A stretch of DNA of 24,138 nucleotides. Origin: DHVE2 group archaeon (GTDB lineage Archaea > Thermoplasmatota > Thermoplasmata > Thermoplasmatales > Aciduliprofundaceae). Positions 7,823-15,291 of the stretch are shown here, in pieces. The notes below the pieces were generated by a model. That model saw nothing but the letters and a program-made list of their open reading frames with translations. It was not told the origin of the DNA and ran no database searches. Numbering within the stretch: the stretch's first letter is position 1; the number at the start of each line of letters is the position of its first letter. The DNA is taken from positions 1 to 24,138 of the forward strand of contig JALSPD010000168.1 in assembly GCA_026986135.1 (NCBI GenBank), given 5' to 3'. The position numbers were made by a program, and so were the translations under genes.

Positions 7823-10800
7823 ACTCATCACCCACATCTACTTCCTCACTCCTATATATCACCTTTGGTTTCACTCCACGGATAGGAATTTCTTTAGCCT
7901 TTTCATGAAGCATTTTCCTTCGTATTAAGAGTGCTACTATTCCTACCAACAAAAACATCAGAAGAACCCATATCCACCAATTTACAAGGTACCAAGGAGT
8001 AACAAAAATCTCAAAACCTCTACTTTCTGCAGAGTTCCCAAATGTATCATACGAGACTATGTAAAATTCTAATTTGGAAGGTATAACATCGTCCCCAGGA
8101 ATATAGGCCACCCATTTATCTCCCTCTTTTTTCATATTCAGGGCGGTATATGTATCTGTATCTTGAGTACGATAATAGAGCATTGCTGAGGTCACGTTAG
8201 AATACTCATCTACAATAGTGGCAGTAATTTTAATTTTTTCGCCCTCATCAACTTTTAAAGGATAAATTACATCTGATACCTTTGGGCCTTTAGTATCAAC
8301 AATAATCGTCTTTGATATGGGTTTCATCTCATTCCCAGCAAGATCTTTTGCACCATAAACGGTAATATTTACAGGACCATATTCATCTTTTATATCGTAT
8401 CTTCCGGTCCAGAGAGTAGAGTTTATCCAATGCCCAACCACCGGATATCCTCCAAAATCCACATGAATTGTATCTGGAGATATATCCTCACTAAAGCTTA
8501 TTGTGATATTCACCACATTGTGTCCAACTATCTTCATTGTTGGCTCTAAAAATATTGCCACTGGAGAGTCTGTATCTACAGTAAAATTTTTGCTTGTGCT
8601 ATTGGTATTCCCAACAGTATCAGAGAAAACAGCATATATCTCATACACTCCCGAACTCCAAGAATAATCTACATCCACAGTCCCACGCCATAGGGTGGAG
8701 GATAACCATATACCCTCAATGGTATGATTCCATGTAGAATTTCTGCATATAAAAATTGTAGAATTCTTATCCACCTCTTCGCTGAATTGTATAGTTATAT
8801 TTACTGTACCCGGCCCAAAAGGTTCTTTATCATCAAGGGAAATAATTGCCGTGGGGGCGATATTATCGGCATAAATATAGAAAGAATAGTTTTCCTGTAT
8901 GTTACCTGCAATATCTTTTGCACCCATAATGGTCAATTCAACCCTTTCTGAGATACTTGCACTCAATGACATACGAATGAGAGCAGTCTTATTGTCTAAC
9001 CAATTAATTGATTTTATGGAAAACGCACTCTGATCTCCAAACGCCACTCCTGGATAAATTGAGGTATTCATAGCCTCATTATATGTAACACTTATATCAA
9101 AATCATCCCTCACATATAACTTTCCATCCATAGTTATATTTGGAGATATAACAAGAGATTCCACCGCTGGTTTTTTTGTATCAACATCCACTGTAAAGTA
9201 ATAAGGCCTCATTGAATTACCCACCACATCCTTTGATCCATAAAGCTGAATTTCCACTTTACCCTCAACATTCATATTAACTGAAAAAGCAAGTTTCAAA
9301 TCTGAAGGGGTTGTCCACACCCTAGAAGTCACCGTAATAATACTTGGATCAATGGAAATTGATGGGAATAAACTGGTATCCATATATTCAGAAAAATGGA
9401 ATGACATTGAGAAATCACTAGAGACAAGACCACTAATATTCGTCCTATAGAGAACCTTTGGAGGTACCGTATCCACATGAAGAGCTATGGAGTAGCTCTC
9501 CATTCTATTTCCTGCCGTGTCTCTAGCACCAGCAATAGTAATAAGGATTTCCCCATCATATTTGCCATATATAACAAACTCCTGCCTCCAGGTACGTGAA
9601 TTTAACCAGTATCCGGCAGATTTAGTTACGTTGGCTGATGTGATGCTGACGCCAGGATCTATATTGGTAAGCATATCTTTATTGAAAAGTAAATCAATAG
9701 TGAAATTCTCACGCACATACATCTTACCACCAATAATTATAGAAGGTGTGACTGATGAAGACACCACATTAGGAGGAGCCTGATCTACAGGAAGTATCTC
9801 GGTAGCATTAGAAGAAACATCACCGTGCGTAAACACTATTGTTGATGCGTCCGTAGGTACTAGATCACTGGAAGAAATAGACACAGAAAATATATGATGA
9901 TAGGCAAGATAAGATGTGGTAATATCTGCCAAAACAAACAGGTAAATTTCTTTTCCGGGATCAACAGTAAGACCCAAATTTGAAAAAATTGCTCTGCCAC
10001 CATAAAAAGTGGTGTTGCGGACTAGATTATCTCCAACATTATACTCACCATTACCATTCTCATCTTCAAAAAGTTTGATGTGAGTAATATCAGAATCTGT
10101 TGCATTTCCTTTCAATTCAATGGATAGGTTGGTTACCCCCACAGTATCTCCTATAGCCCCTAACTTTATCTTTAACAGATAAACATTTCTGGCACCAACA
10201 CTTACATTCGCCGGTGAACGAGAATAGCCCACAGCATACAAAAGAGGCGAATTTGAAGTTCCTGGGGTGGCTGAACTTCCATTGCTAACATACCAATCAG
10301 ATGCACGATCATTATCTACTCCGTTGGGAACCAATGAGATACTTCCTCCTAAGTAAGGCGCAGGTGCACAGCCCCATGCCCCAGAACCATCCAAGGTAAA
10401 ATTGATTCCCGAAGGTGGAGAATCCACATCAAGATCACCTGACCCACGTGAATATGCCATATAATCAATATAATGCCCATTATATATCAAAAGAACATCA
10501 TCTCCATCATCGTTCCACATATTCTCAATACCTGTATGAAGGATCGCATATCCCGTGGAAAAATCATATTGATTATCTCCATTGCCTGAATAAATAATCA
10601 AAAACTTTCCTGGTGGCATATAATACAAGTCATCAGGGATCGTATAGGTATTTCCATCTTGGTCCGTAAGTATCCATCCATTAAGATAAACATTCTCTGT
10701 ACCTGCATTATACAACTCAATCCATTCATCGCTTCCTGAACCAACAGACGATACTTCGTTGATAACAATTTTAAGAGGTGTTCTGTAAAAATGGACCACT

Positions 10801-12437
10801 ATAGATGTATCGCGGGTAATATAATATGAGGTATTATCGTAAGTATATAATCCATCAGGAACCCCTATGGATACTGTAGTCTGATTGTCACATAGGTCTT
10901 CAAAAAATGGATGATCTGAATTCAAAGGAATGGTCCTTTCACTTCCAAACTTATAGTAGATAACAGTAGTTGACTCACTACCAAGCCCGGTAACAGAAAC
11001 TGATATTGTGTGCATATCTCTAACATCAAAATGAAAAGTATAAGGTCCATATCCCGCCACTCTTTTTATTACCACTGAATAGGTACCTGTAGTATCACTT
11101 AATGATAATCTATAAACCACACTTTCTATAACCCCATCACCCACATGTGCTGCGGAGGTTAAAAGTTTCCCATTGGGATCATACAGATAAACATCATAAT
11201 CAGCATTTTGATTTGGGGTCATCTGAAACACTATGGTCTGCTTAGTAGATATATCATCCTGAGTTATTTCAAATTCCCAAGTGTCCTGGGGATCATTGTA
11301 GTTGGTTTTGCCATTGTACTCCGTTATCAGATACCCGGCACCATCGCTTCCCCGTGCAACAGTTCTGGGATTATTATCAGAATCACTTTCTACAAAAAAC
11401 CATACGTCTGCCCACCCATCATCGCCACTTGTTTCTGCATATGGTGAAGATGTATCCCCACTCCATGTTTTGGTTACGGTATTATAAGTAATGGTAAAAG
11501 AACCATAATCGTCATCACCCCCACAGGCTCCCGAATCATCCTCGTAAACATGAACCGTTATCTGAACAGTATTAGCAGTAACATATGCTGTAAACGTGGC
11601 ATCTCCAGACCAAGAATCCTCATCCTCAGGACCTGTAAATGTCCAAGAAGAGCTGCCAATATAGATCCGCATATATATGTCATTACCTGAATAACAATCA
11701 GATTCGCCAGAATAGTAATCAACAATATGCAATGTAACGTTAACTCCACCTTTAGATTTATAATTAGGTGAACTTTCAGAAACTGTTTCAGGATTACTAT
11801 GAACGTTGAATGGTCCAATCATTTTGTCGTCTATGCTTTTTATCCCATATTCTATCAGATAGGCTAACCTCCAGTTATCTATTTGATTATCAAGAAGATA
11901 GCAAAGCCATTCAAGATGATCAATAAGAGTATCATTGTACCAATCTTTCATATACCAAAACCTGCTATCACCACTAGCCAATTCCTCAGCATATTTTACA
12001 CGATAACCCTCAAGGGTATTGAGCCAATGACGAACCTCCCATCTGCGGCGATTTTCCGTTAGCAATTCCCACTCATACTTTACAATATCTTTCCTTATAA
12101 ACTCTGTACGATAAACAGGTCCCGCTGTTTCATGAATTAAACGGGAAGCATATTTTTCTTCAATACAATTATTCACATTACCATCCACAAAATCTCCGGA
12201 AGAAACAGGAGTATCCTTATATAAAGAAGACATTGGATCCTGCAAACTAACCCATTTTCTAAGAGAACTCTCATTGTAGTCTTCAATATATTTTTTTAAG
12301 GACCTTAAAAATTCGTCATAGCTCATCTCGGGATGATCTGAGATAGAAGATAGATATGATGGTGTCTGATGTAATATAATACTAAATAATGTTGTGAAAA
12401 AAAGCATTGCAAGGGCAAACGATACCACACGTTTCAT
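7803..12437 (-). CDS. ~1544-aa secreted, C-terminally membrane-anchored multidomain surface protein: unknown helical domain, C2-like domain, PPC domain, lamin-tail domain (LTD), about 7 Ig-like repeats, transmembrane helix, charged cytoplasmic tail
   Basis: Signal peptide MKRVVSFALAMLFFTTLFSIIL (start moved from 12575 to 12437). LTD motif IVINEV...DEWIELYN...LNGWILTD at ~10770-10250. PPC-like ADYDVYLYDPNG at ~11300-11030. Repeated D-x-x-G-N...D-T-x-x-P motifs at ~9790-8030. TM WWIWVLLMFLLVGIVALLI followed by RRK. Confidence 0.85.
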   Translation of the reverse strand: MKRVVSFALAMLFFTTLFSIILHQTPSYLSSISDHPEMSYDEFLRSLKKYIEDYNESSLRKWVSLQDPMSSLYKDTPVSSGDFVDGNVNNCIEEKYASRLIHETAGPVYRTEFIRKDIVKYEWELLTENRRRWEVRHWLNTLEGYRVKYAEELASGDSRFWYMKDWYNDTLIDHLEWLCYLLDNQIDNWRLAYLIEYGIKSIDDKMIGPFNVHSNPETVSESSPNYKSKGGVNVTLHIVDYYSGESDCYSGNDIYMRIYIGSSSWTFTGPEDEDSWSGDATFTAYVTANTVQITVHVYEDDSGACGGDDDYGSFTITYNTVTKTWSGDTSSPYAETSGDDGWADVWFFVESDSDNNPRTVARGSDGAGYLITEYNGKTNYNDPQDTWEFEITQDDISTKQTIVFQMTPNQNADYDVYLYDPNGKLLTSAAHVGDGVIESVVYRLSLSDTTGTYSVVIKRVAGYGPYTFHFDVRDMHTISVSVTGLGSESTTVIYYKFGSERTIPLNSDHPFFEDLCDNQTTVSIGVPDGLYTYDNTSYYITRDTSIVVHFYRTPLKIVINEVSSVGSGSDEWIELYNAGTENVYLNGWILTDQDGNTYTIPDDLYYMPPGKFLIIYSGNGDNQYDFSTGYAILHTGIENMWNDDGDDVLLIYNGHYIDYMAYSRGSGDLDVDSPPSGINFTLDGSGAWGCAPAPYLGGSISLVPNGVDNDRASDWYVSNGSSATPGTSNSPLLYAVGYSRSPANVSVGARNVYLLKIKLGAIGDTVGVTNLSIELKGNATDSDITHIKLFEDENGNGEYNVGDNLVRNTTFYGGRAIFSNLGLTVDPGKEIYLFVLADITTSYLAYHHIFSVSISSSDLVPTDASTIVFTHGDVSSNATEILPVDQAPPNVVSSSVTPSIIIGGKMYVRENFTIDLLFNKDMLTNIDPGVSITSANVTKSAGYWLNSRTWRQEFVIYGKYDGEILITIAGARDTAGNRMESYSIALHVDTVPPKVLYRTNISGLVSSDFSMSFHFSEYMDTSLFPSISIDPSIITVTSRVWTTPSDLKLAFSVNMNVEGKVEIQLYGSKDVVGNSMRPYYFTVDVDTKKPAVESLVISPNITMDGKLYVRDDFDISVTYNEAMNTSIYPGVAFGDQSAFSIKSINWLDNKTALIRMSLSASISERVELTIMGAKDIAGNIQENYSFYIYADNIAPTAIISLDDKEPFGPGTVNITIQFSEEVDKNSTIFICRNSTWNHTIEGIWLSSTLWRGTVDVDYSWSSGVYEIYAVFSDTVGNTNSTSKNFTVDTDSPVAIFLEPTMKIVGHNVVNITISFSEDISPDTIHVDFGGYPVVGHWINSTLWTGRYDIKDEYGPVNITVYGAKDLAGNEMKPISKTIIVDTKGPKVSDVIYPLKVDEGEKIKITATIVDEYSNVTSAMLYYRTQDTDTYTALNMKKEGDKWVAYIPGDDVIPSKLEFYIVSYDTFGNSAESRGFEIFVTPWYLVNWWIWVLLMFLLVGIVALLIRRKMLHEKAKEIPIRGVKPKVIYRSEEVDVGDEYEDFYE

Positions 12438-12513
12438 CGTTGAAAATATAGCAAATCCCCTATTTATCACTTTCGCAAACGAAAAAATTAAACATAAAAG
12501 AGAAATACCCATT
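12438..12513. promoter_or_regulatory. Divergent promoter region: minus strand CGAAAG-T-GATAAATA (12475-12461); plus strand GAAAAAA-TTAAACAT (12481-12495)
   Basis: Both BRE/TATA-like elements lie about 20-30 nt upstream of the inferred ATGs (12437 and 12514), consistent with leaderless transcripts. Confidence 0.45.
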
Positions 12514-13905
12514 ATGGATAGAATGGTGCTAACTTCAGGATCCCAAGTAAGATATGTGGAGACAAAAAAGTTCACTATACCCCCGGAATTAAAAGTTGTA
12601 TCCCAAGATAATCCCGTAGATGTAGTTGTATGCGGTGATTACAACTCAAAATATAGGGAGATTGCTGAATACTTAGCAAAAACAATATCCCAAAATGAAA
12701 AATTCTATGCTTATTCATTTTTAAGCGGGGCAAAGATTAAGGTAGAGGGAGATGGACGTGAGGACTTTGAACCCAGATATATTGACCATTTTTCACTCTA
12801 CCATACTGTAGATAAATTGAAAAATCTTTATCTATACGCCAGCAGAATACCTAATGGATCCGTATTGTTGATTGAAGACATTGATGAACTTGTACTAGAT
12901 TATAAAATGCGCCATGATACGGTGACTGTTGAAGAGATTGTATATCTGCTTCATCAGGATCTTGTTAAAAATGGAGGATTAAACCTGGTAATCCCCACAA
13001 TCCACAAGAATATAGAGCTAATAACAATTGTTGATACATTACTCACCATAGATGTGGAAAAAATTGGTGATTATCCAATTCAGGTGATAAACATAGAACA
13101 GGTAAGAAAGAAAAAACTAAAGAAAACGTATGTAATAGGTGGCTCTGAAGGAAAATACATGTTTTATAAATCTACCGAGAAATACAAAAAAGGGAAACTA
13201 GGTATTGTATCCCCTACAAAAATGATATCTACCGGCATAAGGGATCTGGACATCTACTTGGGGGGCGGATTATCTCCAGGTACATATAATGTTATTGAAA
13301 TTAGCAACGATGTTCCCGAGGAAATTTACAATGTTATATTATTCAGCATAGCCATATCCAATATAAAATCACACCGGGGTGTGCTCCTAGCACCATCTGA
13401 AAGATTTTCAACTGAAGAATACTATAGAATAATAAAAGCACATATAGACGAGTCAGAAATCAGATTTTTAAAAATAATAAAAAGTACTCCTCTTGTTGAA
13501 AAATTGAATTACATTGTGGACGGATTTTCAAAAACACCTGAAGATAGGCATGCTATATGGAAAAGTGTTATGGAATATTTAAACAGAATAAGCGAAGGGC
13601 CGGTCTTAGATATAACAGAATACGGACCAATTGAAGCAAGGTATTCCGGAGAGGAATTAATTACTCTTGTAACTCAAGGGATAAACTGGCTTAGCGAATG
13701 GGGAGATATTGGCATTGGCATACTTCCAGAAGAAAGCGAAGTAAAAAGAAATATAATGTATTTGACAAGAAACTATCTTAAAATCTTTGATTTTCACGGA
13801 GTTTATATGATACAGAGCATTAAACCACGTAGATCCCCAAAAATTATACAGATGGGATCAGATAACAACGAAATTAATATCCGTTTAAGGAGGCTGATAT
13901 ATTGA
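12514..13905 (+). CDS. GvpD-like / RAD55-KaiC family protein with two RecA-like domains and degenerate P-loops
   Basis: IPPEL...VVVCGDYNSKYR occupies the Walker A position of domain 1. Domain 2 starts MISTGIRDLDIYLGGGLSPGTYNVIEI, the typical KaiC/GvpD start, but has no GKT. Start moved from 12394 to avoid overlap with the divergent gene. Confidence 0.7.
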   Translation: MDRMVLTSGSQVRYVETKKFTIPPELKVVSQDNPVDVVVCGDYNSKYREIAEYLAKTISQNEKFYAYSFLSGAKIKVEGDGREDFEPRYIDHFSLYHTVDKLKNLYLYASRIPNGSVLLIEDIDELVLDYKMRHDTVTVEEIVYLLHQDLVKNGGLNLVIPTIHKNIELITIVDTLLTIDVEKIGDYPIQVINIEQVRKKKLKKTYVIGGSEGKYMFYKSTEKYKKGKLGIVSPTKMISTGIRDLDIYLGGGLSPGTYNVIEISNDVPEEIYNVILFSIAISNIKSHRGVLLAPSERFSTEEYYRIIKAHIDESEIRFLKIIKSTPLVEKLNYIVDGFSKTPEDRHAIWKSVMEYLNRISEGPVLDITEYGPIEARYSGEELITLVTQGINWLSEWGDIGIGILPEESEVKRNIMYLTRNYLKIFDFHGVYMIQSIKPRRSPKIIQMGSDNNEINIRLRRLIY

Positions 13906-14594
13906 TTAAGAATTTTGAAAAATTTGATATTTTGCTTGGTGGCGGCTTTAAAAAAGGAAGCAATATTTTCTTCATAGGAAAAACATTTACTGGTGCAACA
14001 CGTTTTCCTCTCTACCTCATCTCAAAGGCACTTGAAAATGGAGAAGGTGCTGTTATTATAACAGTTGATAAACCATATACAACAATTCAAGACATACTCT
14101 CAAATTATAATAACAATTTGAAAAATCTTAGATTTATTGACCTTTATTCAATACCCACACAATTTTTGGACTTTGACTATGATGAAAATAACGTGGTTCT
14201 GTTAGAAAATAGAAAAGATCTGGACACCCTGCTGAATGTTTTAAAAAGAAAAACCTCAGAGTTTGAGAGATATAGAATAATGATACCTATTTCCTCACTT
14301 CTGCTTTTCATAGATCCTCTGGAAATGTCCAATTTTATAGAGAGGGTAAGTGCGATGGTAAGGAAAGATGGAAGTCTGGGTTTCTATATTATGAACTCTG
14401 GAATGCATGAAGAGAGGACTGTGGAACTATTTAAGCGGTTATCGGATGGGGTTATTGAATTCACTGAGAGAGAGGGAAAACATTACTTCAGAGTTCTTGG
14501 CATACCAACTGCAAAGACTACAGCATGGGTAGAGTTTCATATATTCAAAAATGAAGTAGTCATTGAATCTTTTACAATTTCCAAAATAAGATAA
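13902..14594 (+). CDS. Single-domain KaiC/RAD55-like protein with degenerate Walker motifs
   Basis: FDILLGGGFKKGSNIFFIGKTFTGAT (GKT replaced by GAT), RIMIPISS at the Walker B position, and LSDGVIEF. TTG start overlapping the upstream TGA, preceded by GGAGG. Confidence 0.78.
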   Translation: MIKNFEKFDILLGGGFKKGSNIFFIGKTFTGATRFPLYLISKALENGEGAVIITVDKPYTTIQDILSNYNNNLKNLRFIDLYSIPTQFLDFDYDENNVVLLENRKDLDTLLNVLKRKTSEFERYRIMIPISSLLLFIDPLEMSNFIERVSAMVRKDGSLGFYIMNSGMHEERTVELFKRLSDGVIEFTEREGKHYFRVLGIPTAKTTAWVEFHIFKNEVVIESFTISKIR

Positions 14595-15268
14595 TGGAGG
14601 ACATTAATATGGCCTGTGGTGTTGATGAGGCAGGAAGAGGCCCCGTAATAGGCCCCATGGTGGTTGCAGGAGTATGTGCAGATCGCAGAGACCTCAGCTC
14701 AATAGGGGTAAAAGATTCCAAAAAGTTGAGCCCCAAAAAAAGAGAATTTCTTGCAGAAGAAATAAAAAAGACTGCTACAAAGATCGTCGTGAGAATTGTA
14801 GAACCTGAAGAGATTGACAGATTAAGGGAGACCATAACAATCAATGAAATAGAGGTCAAGATATTTTCTGAGGTAATTCTAAAATTAAATGGTAATATTA
14901 TATATGTAGATGCTGCGGATGTAAATGCAGATCGTTTTGCTAAAGAAATATGTAGAAATCTTCCGGAGTTTTTTAGACCAAGAATAATATCAGAACATAA
15001 AGCCGATGCTAAATATCCAGAGGTTAGTGCAGCGTCTATAATCGCAAAAGTGGAGAGAGATAAAATAATAAAAGAGATATCTAAAGAAATAGGAGATTTC
15101 GGATCTGGATATCCTGCAGATCCCAGAACATACAAATTTATAAAGGAATATTACAATAAACATAGAAAACTTCCTCCGCACACCAGGAAATCATGGAAAA
15201 GTGCAAAAAAAATAATGAAAGAATACGAACAGAAAAAACTGGCATATTTTGAAGAAAAAAGTAATTAA
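14594..15268 (+). CDS. rnhB: Ribonuclease HII
   Basis: GVDEAGRGPVIGPMVVAG, DSKKL, KADAKYPEVSAASIIAKVERD and GSGYPADP motifs. TAATG overlap with the upstream gene. Confidence 0.97.
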   Translation: MEDINMACGVDEAGRGPVIGPMVVAGVCADRRDLSSIGVKDSKKLSPKKREFLAEEIKKTATKIVVRIVEPEEIDRLRETITINEIEVKIFSEVILKLNGNIIYVDAADVNADRFAKEICRNLPEFFRPRIISEHKADAKYPEVSAASIIAKVERDKIIKEISKEIGDFGSGYPADPRTYKFIKEYYNKHRKLPPHTRKSWKSAKKIMKEYEQKKLAYFEEKSN

Positions 15269-15291
15269 AAGAACACATTAAGGGTTGACAA

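Noticed and set aside
2045-12437. Provirus lysis module (GH25 as a phage endolysin)
   Set aside because: No integrase, capsid, terminase, holin or att-like repeats are present, the enzyme is fused inside a sequon-rich exported protein, and an archaeal host has no murein to lyse.
12394-12575. Apparent 182-nt head-to-head overlap of the 1590-aa and 503-aa ORFs
   Set aside because: Artefact of longest-ORF calling. Better starts at 12437 (signal peptide MKRVV) and 12514 leave a 76-bp intergenic region with promoter-like motifs.
14572-15135. 187-aa antisense ORF over rnhB, plus the other short antisense or alternate-frame ORFs in the track (e.g. 652-882, 1063-1392, 3056-3388, 7373-7732, 17403-17870, 22401-22757)
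   Set aside because: They lie within well-supported genes, have no recognisable motifs or RBS, and look like shadow ORFs.
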